Position numbers and translations under genes: made by a program
Shown: positions 38,401-51,988 of the stretch, piece after piece
Numbering within the stretch: the stretch's first letter is position 1
Layout of the letters: each line of letters begins with the position of its first letter
Notes under the pieces: model-generated
What the model was told of the DNA's origin: nothing
Seen by the model: the letters and a program-made list of their open reading frames with translations, nothing else
Database searches by the model: none
Source of the DNA: Bilabrum cf. latius
Taxonomy: Eukaryota
Assembly: GCA_965178125.1 (NCBI GenBank)
Contig: OZ237754.1
Location: 744,001-808,000, forward strand
Direction of reading: 5' to 3'
Length of the DNA stretch: 64,000 nt

Positions 38401-41400
38401 TCACCATCTTTGCACAATCGCCTGCCTCGCCCTTTGCAGTCCTTCCCGTTTGCCCCCTCGCTTGGGCTCCTCCACCTTGTTCAGGTCGGTGAGGCACCCG
38501 CCCTCGCACAACACCCGCAACCAGGCCCTCTGCTTGTCGGCAAGCACGTCCCGCGGCCCCTTAACCTCCACAAATCTGCACTCGTAGCATGCGCCCGGCA
38601 CCAGCCTCAGCCAGCCAGCCCGACCATCGCACTGCAAGCGATTCGATAGATCGTGCACCGCAGCGCCTTGGCATTGCTCCCTGGATCCCCTGCTGGGGAA
38701 CAGCACCCTCCACAGCGTCAGGTCGGGCAAACCGCTCCTGTAGTGCCTGTAGTCCCAGCACAGCGCATCCAGGACGTGGGCCAGCACCGGGCCGCCCATG
38801 CACACAGCGAGGAGCTGCAGCAGGGCAACCGGGAGCCTCCTCCGCGACCCAGCCACCTGGGCCCTCTTGTTCCCCCGGCGACAGGTCCTCATCTCTGCAT
38901 CGCAGGCCAGGCCCACTTCCACCACGAGCTCCTCCGCGCCCATCCGCGCGATCGAGAGCACACGCCCGCGGATCGACTCCTGCCGCTTGGAGTAGAACTC
39001 GGGGCAGTGGGGCAGGTCCAGCGGACCAGTCTGGTACGGGCATGCAAAGGCGCCGGGCACCGTCCCGTCCCACAGCACGTCGCTCATCAGCAGCCTGAAC
39101 AGGGCCAGCACTGGTGCGCCCTCGCAGTGCAGGCCACGCCAGCCACCCTGCGAGCAGTAGTGCTGGAGGGCCAGCTCTTCCACGCTCACCCGTAGGCGGC
39201 CAGCGCTCGCGTTCCCGCCCCGTCCTCTCCCCCACGCGCTCCTGTACGCATCGTCCTCGAGTGAAGCGAAGGGGTTCTCGGGATCGATACCCGATCGAGG
39301 GCCCGTCCGCCTGGGCATCGCAGCTGGCCGGGGAGGACGACCTTTAGCAGGACGACCAACAGGGGGAGGAGGGGCCGGTTGAGCGGAACTCGCGCCGGGG
39401 TCATGGCACTTCATCTTGTTCTAGGCGTTTGGGCCTGGTGTAGCTGCTGTGTGGGTGCTGGGGTGCGCCTTGTCTCCTGGAGTGCTGGCGGTGGATGCAG
39501 CTCTTGAGGTTGTCACGTCTGCTTCAGGGGCGCGTGCCATTTCTGTCGCTGGCAGGCGGTCTCCAGCCTAGGTACCGGTGCCATATGCGCGGTTTCCCCC
39601 CGGCAAGGGCGCGACTGTGCGGGCTTTTTCTTTTCCCGACATCGCCTCTTCTTCCTCTTCGCACCAGCAACCGAGCGACTCCTGGAATGCGTCAGAGGCA
39701 TCTGTCTGCAAGCCGATGCAGTGGCACACCCAGTCCGTGATGTTGATCCACCTTCCTTGGGAGGCGCCAGTCTTCTAGTCGCCCTGCCCATCGGTGCTAC
39801 TAGCCTGCGATATGGCCAGATCCACGACGTCTGAGCTCGAGCCACGCCCTTCAGTGGCTAGCGGCTGCTGCCGAGTTCCCACCCTACCATCAGCACCAAT
39901 TTGACCCTCTGCATTGCCACTGATAACATCTTCAGCATCCACTCTGTCGCGCTAAATCGTCTAGTCCGGTCGCCCTGAGGCTGGCTGGCTGAGCCAGCCC
40001 AGCGGTGCGCCCTCCCTCTCTACCTAGTGCACCTGAGCGATCCGATCCACCGGTGGATTGGCAAGGCGCACGGCGTACAGGTTTGGTCTGGGCCTGCGTG
40101 GCCCAGTCCTGCAGCCACCATGCGCTTCCTTGTCTCTCACGTCCTGCCCAAGGGCTGCATCGGCCGCGCACTCGACCGTAGGCATGCCTTGGCTTGTAGC
40201 CACTTTCACCACTGCGATGCCTGCATCGGTCCCTTCGGCCATGGTCACTGCTAGTCGTTGCGATGCACCATCATATGGACCCCCTGTATTCTCGCCCGGT
40301 GCTGCACCCTGCAGCTCGAGCAGCATGCCGCGCCCGTCGTTCTCCGTGTCGATCCCCACGAACCTGGACTGTTCCCCAACCTTCCTGTTGAGCGGCCGCC
40401 CAACGATCGTCGTCACACGTAGGGGGCGCGCGTGCCACTGCTCCTTGTGCACCACCGTGTCAGTCTTACCATGCCATTCCACCTTGGTTCTTCCGGGCAA
40501 ACTACCAGCCTGTGCCGCCCCACTGGCACCCCTACCCATGTGAGGTGCACAATGGCCAGCACTAGCACCAGCACCAGCACCAGCACTAGCACCAGCGCCA
40601 GCACCAGCACCAGCACTAGATCTAGCAGAGAGAATGTCGTACAGCTCTGCTCCCGCCGGGGTGGCGAAGCCCCCTGCAAATGAACCCCAGGCAAGGCTTG
40701 CCGTTTGCATCTCGCGAGCAGCATCCGAGCCAATGGGACTTCCAGCCGGGGATGGATTGCCCTACCTGAAGCCCTCACGGGCTGACTCCTCGGTAGCGGG
40801 AGCGGCCAGCGCCAGGTTCAGCTGGAACCCATGACCAAGCGCGGCTGCTGCTGCTTTCTTCAGGCCACCTGCCGCCTTGCGAGCAAGTTGTCTTGCCGCG
40901 CTTTCGTCCTGCGAGCCCATGGTCGAGTCATCGGTATCGCCCGGTGCCACTGCTCTACCATGCTCTGCTGCATCATCACCCTTGTGCCGCTCATGGTCCA
41001 GGTGGTGGCTGGCTGCTGCTGATTCTTTTTCTTGCAATACTGCGGGGGCAGCGATTCGAGTAATGGTGGACACCTGCTGCAGGTGATCCGGTAGACGAGA
41101 CGCCAGCCCGGGGTATGACTACCTGAGTCGGGCCACCCTCCGCACGAGATAAAGCCTGTCACCACCCCTCACTGCAGGGTCCATGGCGCCCTCCACGCTT
41201 GCTGCCAGCCCCTGCGCGATCCTGCCGCAGTGGTGCAGGTCCACGCACAGGCGCTGCCACCACCGGCCACGCCTGTGCGGCTGGTACGGCGAGGCGAGCA
41301 GCTGCCGCAGCAGAGGGACAGCGAACGCGTGCATCCCCAGCCTCTCCAGAGGATCAATGGCGTCCCATACCACCGAAGCGAAGTGTGCTCCCGGCTCGAA

Positions 41401-43257
41401 GGAGCGCAACGAGGGCAGCCCGGCGAGCTCCTGCGCGATGAACGGCGAGTCCGTGCTATGTTGTATCGGCTCCGAATCCAGGGTGCTGGCTTGAATGGCA
41501 GCACACCCGGGGGCTGTCATGCGCGGGTTGCTCATGCACAGCTGCATGCAGCAGGCGGCTCGCAGTGCCACTGGCAGGACCTGGGGGCTACGTTGTAGCA
41601 CTGCAGCAAGAGTGTCTGCATCCACGCGTTGGTCGCAAGGCGCATCTTTCCCCGATTTTAGTGCGTCAAAATTGCCCTTGCTCGTGCTTTCACAGCCAGA
41701 CCCGCGTTGGTGTGCAGCGCCAGTCATGCTGCTGCCCACCGCCGTCTCGCTACCACCCCCTTCGATCGAGTAGCCACACAGGGCGGACAACGCGACCAGC
41801 GGCGCGCGCCCCGCCACTGTCCGCCCGCACTGAAGGAGAGCTCGCACGGCACCGTCCGATCGGAGCAGTGAGGCACCGTGCAGCAGGCTGGCGAACCTCA
41901 CCTGCTCACTGGGCGGCACCCCCAGGTGCTCGATGCCGGCCTCCTGGCTCGCTGGGGTCTCGCTCGGGATCTCGTCATCGTCATTGTCATCGTTATTGTC
42001 TTGCTGCTCAAAGCCGTCTGCAGAGTTCCCTCCAGGTTCTATGTGTGCACCAGGAGAGACAGAAGAGCGTGAGGAAGAACTACTAGCCCCAGCCCCAGTC
42101 ATCGACCTAGGAGATTTGCGCCTCCTGCCGCCGGTGACATTGTATTCCCGCACCTCGGCTGGCCGTGCTCGCTTGCTGCCCACTGGGACCACCGATTTCG
42201 GTTTGTTGCGCCTGCTGCTGAGTATACCACCTATTCCTGTGCTCGGTGTTGCAGCGGACGACTGGGTTTTCGATCGCGACTACGCAGGCCGAGGCGCACT
42301 CGCAGCGCCCCCACGCTTCTCGCCAGACATCTAAGAAGTACTCCAGGAGGAAGACACTGATTCTAACTGTGATGAGTGCGCTCTCTCCTCCCCATCCACG
42401 AGCGGGAGCCTGCCCTATCTCGCTAGCACGGTGGCGGGGAGTGCAGGCAACCCGTCCAGCTGTTGCATCTCGTATGCCATCGCGCCTGACGCACGCACCT
42501 GCCTGTCGAATGCGTCAGCCCACTCTAGAGCACTGACCCAGGGAAGGGATCGGATCACCGGGTGCATTCGTGGGAGGGCTATAGGGGGGTCAGCAGGTGC
42601 AGAGCCAGCTGGTGCGTGCCCGACGGGTGGTGGTGGGGACAATGCCGCACCGTTCAAACCGCCCTGTCTTGAACAGCCTGGACTCCCTTCGGGCATCGTG
42701 GGCTCCCTGGCGTACATGGTTCCAAACACATCCAAGAGGGCAGGGTGCGTGTTGCTCAAGGCACGGCTGTCACCATGGCACGCGCCGCACATGGCGGCAC
42801 TGATAGGGTTGCTTGCGCACGCTCCCACGTCATCGGCAGCAGCACCGGTCCGATGCGCGCCCCACGCCACTCGAACCAGCGCATCTCCATCTCCACCTCC
42901 ACCATCTTCAGAGGGACCCGTCAGGTCGACTTCACCGGCTGCTCCCGCAGCATCGCCGCTGCTATCGTCACCAGTGTGCTTGCCCCAGGCACCAGCACCC
43001 AGCCGCACGGCAGCAGCCATGGACGCCAGCGGCTACAGCTTGTGTTCCCCAGCATCTTCGTCCATCGGAGTCCAGTTGAGCCCGCTCTAGGCCCCCTCAG
43101 CCCCGTAAGGGCTCCCAGGTGCGGTCGCGTAGAATAGTCTGAGCATGCGATTGATGTGCGCAAGCGGCTCCTCGGCCAGTCGAACAAGGAGCGGGGGATC
43201 TCCGCCGCCGTTCTTGGGCCTTGCAGAGCTACCAATACTACCGATGGGCCTTGCAGA

Positions 43258-43292
<35 letters not shown>

Positions 43293-46200
43293 CCACCTTC
43301 CCACTGGTCGTACAGGTCGGTGCTCCAGTGGAGGCGGGCTGCCGGTTTCCTGCACGGTCAAGGACGGCGCCTTCAGAGTCGCTGCTTGAGTCCGAGTCGG
43401 ACAGCAAGTCAACCACACTGCTGCTATCACTATTGCCACTACCACGGTCCGCAGCACCTGTTTTTGCAGTGGCTGTACAGCCCTTCTCTAGCTTGTCACC
43501 GTCCCGCTACACGGCCCATGACAGGATGCTTGCCTTCGCGTCCTTGCCCGCGAGAGCCCTCTGCTGCGCCTGCTCTCTGGCCCTTGTGCGCCGCTCCCGG
43601 TTGCGGACGGCTCGGATCGCCGCGAAGTCCACCCTCCCGCTGGATTGGTTCTCCCAAACCGCTGGCCCCGAGCGACTTGACCCGGCTGAGACTGTTTGTG
43701 CTTCGCCGGCCTGGGGAATATTCGCATCGGTGTTTGTGCTTCGCATCGGTGTGCTCGGATTAGTGACGACCGTATCAATTGGCTCAGCCTTTGCCACATG
43801 CCGCTATCTATTCGCCAGCTTCAATGCATGCTGGGTCTCATCCACTGCCATGCCTCGCTTGCAGGCCGCCAGTACCGCCCGTTCCAGAGGTGGGTACCCT
43901 CCCAGCACTGTCTTCTGGGTCAGGCATCGCCATCGCAACCAAGCCAGGAGCAGTGGCCTCTCCGTGAGCGGGCGCACATCGGCGACTGGTGAGTCGTCCC
44001 CGTCCCCGTCCCCGTTCTCGTCGTCGTCGTCGTCGTCCTCGTCCTCGTCATCATCGGTTGGACTTGAAGTGCCGGAATCTACATCTAGATCCACATCGTC
44101 GCCTTCTTCGTCTGCAGCTGCGACGGTGCTGCCAACTTTGTCATCGTCATTGGTACAACCGACATCATCGGCAACATGAGATCGGTCACTCCCTTCGGCT
44201 GACTGCACGACATTGGTGGCACGGCCTGTTTCAATGGTGCGCACTGGCGCTCCGCCATCACCCGATGCTGAGCGCACAAAAGCACCTGTCGCTGCCACAT
44301 TCGTAGTGCCATCGTCTCGTTTCCCCGCAAGCGGCGATTCTGCAAGCTACTCGCTGCCTGTCGCTGTCGCCTCGTCTCCGCTAGACGCTTCGAAATCGGA
44401 GTCGTCGGACAGCAGGTCTACCATCGCTGGCTGCTGCTGCTTCTACTTTTGCCGCTTCTGTAGGTTTACCATCGCTGGCTGCTGCTGCTGCTGCCCGCAG
44501 TCCTCGCTAGCTCCAGCGAGTTGCGTCATGGAGCCTGGCTGGCAAGTGCTAGCGTGAAACGTGGATCTTTGCCCGGACACCCCACCGGTGGATCGAGGCG
44601 GTGCTTGCTGTTGGGCTATAGCCGGTGGCATGGGGTCTGGCTCATCCCCGCGGCGCTGCCTTGGTGTGCTAGCTGGGCTAGGGGTGACGTCACCTGTTGT
44701 TCTAGTACCGGAGGTCGCATGGGCTCGTTGCATCGTAATGCGGTGCGACAGACTGGGCAGAATGGGCATCAGCAGTGCGTCAACGTCAGCCTATCGCCCC
44801 CGTGTACTTGCAGCGGGCACTTGTCCGCCACTTGGTGGTGGATCCGGCGAGCCCCGTGTGCGGCTGGAGCTGCTTGCTGCCGCATCCATGGAGGCTATGA
44901 AGCTTCCTGTGGTAGAACTGTCCGTCAGTAGCGGCTGTTGCATCCCAACAATGGATGATTTGTCACTGACAGCACCCAGCGAGCTCAATCGGCGCTCCGC
45001 CCCAGGACTCAAGGCCCCTCTTGCCTACAGCTAAGCGCTGGCATGCAGGAACCGGCTGCGCTTCACTGCAGCTGCCTGCCTCGCGCTCATGCCCGTACCC
45101 GCGGTGACTGCGACCGCTTGCCCCATCCCTTGGAATCTGCCCAGCTTGGGCTCTTTCCTTCCGCTGCTTGCCGCAGTATGCGCCCCCTGCAGGCCCGTCA
45201 GGAAATGGCGCCGGGGTGGTGCCTGTGTGGCGGCCTCGAGGGGTGCGCCCTCAGCAAGCGCTTTAGGGGTGGCCAAAGTCGCGGTTAGGATCGGATCATT
45301 GGTACCATCATGCGGTGCACCTTCCGTTCCGTTTCTCGTGACTGCCGCGGCGGCCAGTGCCTTCTTTCCCCCCATCCACCCCAGCTGCCTGCACACCTGC
45401 CGCAGCTCCGGCACCCTGAGGACGCGCTCGCACGCCTCCAGTGCGAGCAGCAGAGTAGGGGGTGGGGGCGGGCGGCCGGGCGCTCTGCGATCCGGTGCGT
45501 GGGAATCCACAGACCCTACTCGTCTATGTGATGAAGCCCCGGCCTCGGCCCCGGCCCCGGCCCCGGCCCCGGATGTGGATCCTGCCACATTGTCCACCGC
45601 AGTGGCGGCTCGCAGGCTCGGCAGGCCCCAGGGCTGGTGCCCCCCACGCAGCCTGCCCGTCAGTAAATGCGCGGCGCCGGTTCCGCCAAGGGGTCCACTG
45701 GCTTTGCGCGGTATGACGGGCAGCAGAAACCCCTCGTCCACGAGCTTCTGCAAGACGAGCATGACCCGCCGAGCAGGTGCTCGGATGGCGGGGGCATGGC
45801 CGTCCAGCTCGCCGCACTTGAAGCACCACACGGCCCCGCACCGGAAGGAGCGCCTCGCGGTCGCGAATGCAGCGTCCACGTCAGATTTATCGAACGCGTC
45901 GAAAGGAGACGAAGGGGGCTAATCGACAGCAGAAGAGCTAAGCGAGTCTGCCGCGACCTCTTCAAGTTTTTCGTGCTCTGCCTCGCCGGAAGCAGTTGCT
46001 CGAGGAGAACCTCCGGGCGCGCTCGAGCTGCCCGATCGACCGGACGGTTGAATACCGAGGTGCTCCATGGCAGCGGCAATGATGAGTTGTCTAGCTTCCT
46101 ATCCCATAAATTCGTCGTACTTTGCGAGCGCGTGAGCGCGAAACCACGGGCCTTTTCTACCAATCAGGCGAGCCAACACGCCGAGCTCACAGTCTCCCAA

Positions 46201-46512
46201 CCTAGCCAAGCGCAGCAGCGTGCGGCGCCCGCGTCCGTCAAGTAGATGGGTCAGGTTTTGTTCGTGCAGAAAGGCGGAACAAATCATTCGCAGGTGCAGA
46301 GCATACACTGATAGATCTGAACCGCTGGCCCAGGCTCGAAACTCCTTGGCACTCAAATGCACCGGTCGTGGTACCTGATCTAGCATAGTTCCTGCCATGT
46401 AAGCACTGGACTATCCAATTTCTATCCCATCGGGTAACTGAGGTGTGTTTTTCTGTGTGTAGGAGGTCCACTTGCTCTGCAATTCCCACGGAGCTACTTC
46501 GTCTGAGCTCAT
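38401..46512 (-). CDS. FAN1: Fanconi-associated nuclease 1 (VRR-NUC), ~2703 aa, apparently intronless
   Basis: N-terminal LARLIGRKGPWFR block; TPR-region LLASPYQPHRRGRWWQRLCVDLHH; SVEELALQHY...GWRGLHCEG; AFACPYQTGPLDL; PD-(D/E)xK nuclease SGLPDLTLWR...FVEVKGPRDVLADKQRAW. Single frame from ATG 46512 to TGA 38401 with more than 20 TAGs and no internal TAA/TGA. Confidence 0.9.
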
Positions 46513-46787
46513 GCCCCGAGGTTGCCTAGGTCCGAAAGCGCCTTAACTAGCATATTCTTGCGATAGTATTCGATATATATATTCGGTCGTCTACTCACCG
46601 CGTTGTGCATGCAAGTCTGTGCTGGGGAGGTGCACTGCACTCATCCTCTGCACACCCCGGATCGTCGGGTTCTGCAATTGAGCTGAGCACAAGAGCTTTG
46701 CATGGTCATGCATATGACTGTAATGAGTATTGTGGATAGGCGTAACGCAAAGTACTGATCCTTGAGTAGTATTGAGAAGCGCCAGGA

Positions 46788-48650
46788 ATGTCGTCGAGCC
46801 CAAAATCGTTAGTTGAGGACAAAGAGCGCACAGCAGAAGACCAATCTGCCGGAGGTATTATGAAGCATACTTCAAACGAGGCAGGCTAGGACGATGCTAC
46901 CGACGCAGCTACCCTGGCCAGGCAAGAGGCTGCCGCTGTGCACCTGCAACGGCTGTATCGGGGAGTGCGAGCTCGAAAACACGCAGTTGACGTTGTAATG
47001 TAGGTTTACGAGAAAGGCTACAGCAGTGAATACAAGTGTTTTTATTATTTCAACGTTCGTACCCAGGAATCATCGTGTAAGAGCCGCCCAAAGTACCAAC
47101 GCCAATGCCTGCCGTCGAGAAGTACGCCCCCCTTTCTTTGCCTCAACTGAATCCGCTGAAATGCAGGGTTTAAACCAAAGCTACTGGGCGAAGAACAAGA
47201 TCTGCCGCTGACGCCGCGGAGCAAGGCACAGGCCGAAGCCGACGAGAACGTAGATGAAGCAGCAGCAGATCGCTCCAGTGCGGCCGCCCATGTCGACCTC
47301 TCGACGTCGGAGCACGCCCCGCAGATGCGCGCCTTCCGAAGCAGCTTTGATTTGGACGCATTTCTAGGCGAGCACGGCCTGGGCCGTCTCGCGGAGAACC
47401 TACGGGAGGAGGGATTCGCCGACCCTGAGGCGCTCGCGCTGGCGCAGGAGGGCGATTTGGAGCTGCTGGGCCTCCGCAGAGGGGAGCAGCGGGTGCTGCA
47501 GAGAGCAATCGTCGGGCTTAGAGCTAGGATGAGGGAGGCTGGAATACCTGTCCGGGGGGAGGGGTCGTTGGACGGGCACGGCGAGGGGGGCAGCAGCTCA
47601 AAGGCTCATGGGGCCTCCCGCCATAGCCCGGGGAACAGCCCAGGGAACAACAGCAGTAGCAGCAGGGTCGGATATGATCTCTCGGAAGGCCTGGGAGCCA
47701 CCTCGCCGTCCTCACCTGGCTCGGGCACGGGATACGGCGGTTTCCCGGGGGCACCTGCTGCTGCCGTGGGGCCACGACCGGGCACTGGGCTGCTCGGCAT
47801 GTCCAGCCCGGGGGGGAGGGGGCGGAGCGCGGGAGGAGGGGGCTACGTGGCTGGCAGTAGGGGTCAGTCGGCTGGAAGTAAGGTGCGGTTTGGGGGCGCC
47901 TCCGACGAGGAGGGTGACGAGTACGACCCCCGTGGTGGGGTCTCTCGGCGGCAGCAGGGCGCGGGGCTCGGTGCCTCCAGGGGTGGCTCGCGGGGGTCTC
48001 TCAGGACACCCCTGGGCCCCCAGTCCAGGCGCGCGCGGGCGGCCGAGGCGCAGCGACTGCGGGCGGAGACTCTCGATCGGGCCACCCGTCTCGGTGTGAC
48101 GATCCCAGACGAGGTGAGGGAGGCACTGACCATGGCAGGGTCAGGGTCAGGGTTAGACTCGGCATCGGCGGGGGGTGCGAGGGCGGTGACCCCGATGGAG
48201 CGAGGGGTGGCCCAGGGAACAGCCGGCGGGGTGACCCTGGGGCAGGCGGGGGCAAGCGCCGCGCGGGACGCCGCATTTGCCAAGGAGGTTGTGCTCGAGA
48301 CGCTGCACCCTGGGGATGACGCGGATCAGGCGCAGGACGGGGACATTGTAAGGTGCCATTACGACGCGTACCTGCCCGACGGGAGCCTTTTCGAGAGCTC
48401 CAAGCAGAGGGGGCGGGCGTTCTAGTTCCGGCTTGGGGCGGGGCAGGTGCTCCGAGGGTTCGAGATGGCCATCAAAAGGATGGGGCGTGGCAGCCGGGCG
48501 CGGTTCGTTGTTCCCTCGGAACTGGCCTACGGCAGGGCCGGTCGGCTGCCCAAGGTGCCCCCGGATACCCCGCTGGAGTTCGACGTGCAGCTGATCGATT
48601 TCTACGAGCCAGAGCTGCAGCTGACGCCGAGGGACGATGGAGGCGAGTGA
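46788..48650 (+). CDS. Multidomain FKBP-type peptidyl-prolyl isomerase (IQ + WW + SAM + FKBP), 2 exons, ~590 aa
   Basis: IQ motif AAVHLQRLYRGVRARK; WW-like VYEKGYSSEYKCFYYFNVRTQESSWFKP (Trp codon split by intron 47077-47166); SAM-like LDAFLGEHGLGRLAENLREEGF...DLELLGLRRGEQRVL; FKBP GDIVRCHYDAYLPDGSLFESSKQRGRAF*FRLGAGQVLRGFE...PSELAYG...VPPDTPLEFDVQLI. TAGs at 46887, 47001 and 48423; TGA stop. Confidence 0.88.
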
Positions 48651-48699
48651 CTGCTCGCCAGGCTTGATGCAACGGTGTTGACGGTAACTTTTGGCTATG

Positions 48700-50900
48700 A
48701 TATAGGAGCGGTTTTACAAATTCAGAGCTGGTTTGTAGGGTTACCTAGCAATTGAGACTCCGTGACCCGCAACGCGCACTGTTGACGGCCCTTCGGGACG
48801 AGGGGTTCTTATTTGTTCTTCTTGCTTTCTGTTGAGGCTTTGGCCTTTTCTCGAGTCTTTTGATCGCATTGTTCTCTGGTCATCTTTGATAGCCCCACCT
48901 GGGGGGTGTGACAGTAATTCGTCATCCGGGCCTCATCACCACCGCTCGGTTGTGGTTGTGTTGCCTGTTGGGTAACCAAGCCAAGCTTCTTGATTGATAA
49001 CTTCAGCTCGTGAGATCGCTCTTTTCTTGGCAGGCGGGAATTTCTACCGAGGAATACGTAGATCATCTACGGAATAGCAGAATTGAGTTTGATGGTGCAC
49101 ACACTACTAGTCATTTCGCGCTTACTTTCTGCAGGCGGACAGCCTGGCACGAACTTAGTCGGAAGATCTTGTGCGCCTACTAGTAATCCGTATTGTAGTT
49201 GGGGACCTTGTTCCCAGCAAATGGAGTCTGGAGACCTCTTGCAGCAGAATCGCGAGTTTGAACGAGACAGAAAGCTCGGTCGACCTATATGGCATCTGCG
49301 TATGCCTGAACCAAGTAGGGCACGTCGGATGTGTGTTGAATACTAGTATATGTGACGCAAAGTCTGCGGTATAGTCGCAGGATGAGGCGCTAGTAGGAGA
49401 CTGCTGATTGCACCAAGTCTTCGTTCGCAGGCAATGGAGAGACCTCACGGACAAGTTCATTGGGCACTTGAAGAGTGAAGAAGACATGGAAGCTATCCGA
49501 ATGTACGAGCAGCATCCATTCATTTTAGGCCAGAGTGTATTTGATGCTGCCATGCGGCTCAGCTACTGCAATCCGTCGGTTGTAACTTACCCCGACACAT
49601 TCATCACACCAATTCTTGACCGCAACGATCCCCGACACAATACAACTCGTCGATTATCACGCGACATCAATAGCGTATCTTCCATGTAATGAGGTTTTTT
49701 CATTGTGTAATTAGTGAATTACCATACAACCACCGTAAGGCTAACGAGAGGAGCAGCACGCTGATTCAAATGCCACTGAAACCACAGTCCACGCTGCATC
49801 CCTATTGTGCAATCATTTCGACGAATAGAATGCGCTATTGGTCGACTTCATTACAGATCAAATAGGTATTTAAAACAAATCACCGCTCCAGTATGTCACA
49901 GAGAGTCCATTAGAACCGAGGATGGTCTCATTTGACGTCAGATCTCGATTCATTTTGGGCAGAATCCAATTCACCACTGTCCTGATACACTTATAGTTTA
50001 TTTATACATACGATTTGTTTGTGTATGGTACTGTATTTGTACAGGTCCTACAATTTCGCAAGTTGTGGCTGTTTCCAGTGGTTTGGTACCATTCAGAACA
50101 CAATTGTGTCAAATCTATGAGGCCAGTACTAGTTTGAGACTAATCATGGTATTAATATACCTAATAAAAGGCAGTGTACGGATTTTCAGTCCCAATGGTG
50201 TAGAATAGCATGGCGTACTTCAGGTCTTCTGGATCTGGCCACCCGCACAGCTGCTGGTGCTGCTCGGGTCCTAATGATGGCCATAGTAGCCTCCTGTTCG
50301 ATTTTCTGAATACGATCAATACAAAAAATGTAGTGGTTGGTCTCAATTCGCGGTAAGCTGCAGATTGGTGAGGTAAATGTGCAATAGCTAACTCTGCGGC
50401 CTGGTTCAGTCATCCTCACGGGAAACACCCTACTCATGAACCGCACAGCAGAATATGAGCGCGTTATTTGAATAAAGTCATCAATTTGCTCAGAATTATG
50501 AGGAGTGTAATCAAATTCAGTATCTCAGAGGGCCAATCGAAGCAAGTTTGTTGCGGCTGCCAGAGGGATGACCGTGGACCCTGTCGTGTCCAAATGAATC
50601 TTATTCAGACATTCGTCTGCACAGCAGCGTATAATTTAGCATCATTATCATACAGGTATATTTTTAGGTCTATTTTGTAGACTAGAAAGGGGTATCCGGG
50701 CAGTGTCGGGGTGTCGTGCGACACTAATCACACAGTTTTGGCGCCGCGCAAAGCTGCAGCTCCCTGCTAGAGGCCAATTCTTTGAATGGCATGTTAACAG
50801 ACTTAATCTCATCGTATTGAGTTGAAAGGCGCACCAGCAGACTCGCAAGAGCGCGCTGAATCGAATTGCATCATGATTTCTTCTCCGAATTATCTGGGCG
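48700..50900. other. AT-rich island without a resolvable gene (possibly a decayed element or pseudogene)
   Basis: Visibly lower GC than the flanking genes. ORFs stay short and broken by TAA/TGA even when TAG is read through. Confidence 0.45.
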
Positions 50901-51070
50901 CCGCGCAAATTGCTGATCCGGAACCGGCAAAAACCAGTAAATTGTGTATTGTTCCGTTACATTCGACGGATGTATGGACGCGAGCTGACAGTTGATAGAG
51001 TAGGTTGCCAGGCTGACATGGTAGTGAGCTCTTGCAGCATCCACCTTACGTAACTTGCTCCTCCTTGCAG

Positions 51071-51988
51071 AATATGGTATGCGGTATCGCAAGAGCGCCG
51101 ATATGCCATGACCGGCCGGTGGTCTTCGAGCACATGCGGCGGCATCCTAGCCGACCGTACGAGGTGAGTGCAGGGTTGCCATCACGAATGCGGCGAATAA
51201 ATTGAATGCTTTGTTATCCGGTTGCAAGCATGTCATTGATGTTATCCTACTCTGACCTCTCGCAGTCACTTGAAACTCAGCTGTCATCGTGCTGCCGCCA
51301 CCGAGCCTTAGGCTGTCTCGAGCATTTGCTCCGACTGGGTGCGATGGAGCAGGAGTGGGAGCCCCTCCCGAGTGACTAGAATAAATGGTTTTACATGCGT
51401 TGGCACCATCCTGCCACCATTGCCGCTGAGTTTTGCATGCGGCGATGGCAGTTTGCCAGTTTCGCCCTGTTGCTTCACTTCGGCGGCACACTCCACCGCA
51501 AGGGGACCGCGACCGAGAGCGGATGCTCCTGGATCCACGCGGCTTGGAGATGGGCCGAAGTGAATTGTCGCATGAGGCAGGGCCATCCGATATGGGCTGT
51601 GATGGAGGCATGCGGACAGAGATCTAGGGCCGGGATGCCGGGACATGTGAGCGCGCGTGAGGTGCTGGGCAAGCTGTTCGAGCACATGCCTTCGAGGATG
51701 CTGTCGGGCGCGGAGTGGGTGGATCCGCGGCGGGGGGATCAGCTGGTGCGGTGGAGGCGAGCTGGGGAGGCGTGGCGGGACCGGGGCCTAGTGTTTCGGG
51801 CGGCCAGAGAAGGCCGTCCGATGGAGCTGTCGAAGCGGCTGCGATTGGGTGCGTTGGCGGGGGGCGCTTGGGTGCGTGGCGATGTGGATGGTGTGCAGAT
51901 GGACGTGTTGGAGGCTGCGCGGGTGGGTGGTCACTTGGACTGTGTGTCGGTGGTGGAGCAGGCACGTGGTAGTATGGAGGGCGTGTGA
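51071..51988 (+). CDS. Ankyrin-repeat-like protein, 3' exons only (5' end unresolved)
   Basis: Exon 51071-51163, intron 51164-51265 (GTGAGT...CTGAC...CGCAG), exon 51266-51988 with in-frame TAG at 51377. Ankyrin-like segments SCCRHRALGCLEHLLRLGA, LVFRAAREGR and LEAARVGGHLDCVSVVEQA; TGA stop. Confidence 0.5.

Noticed and set aside
45795-45830. CCHC zinc knuckle in FAN1 (CFKCGELDGH)
   Set aside because: The final Cys is missing and the spacing deviates from CX2CX4HX4C.
32419-46512. Functional DNA replication/repair cluster (DONSON near FAN1)
   Set aside because: An unrelated gene lies between them and the neighbours are functionally mixed, so chance proximity is sufficient.
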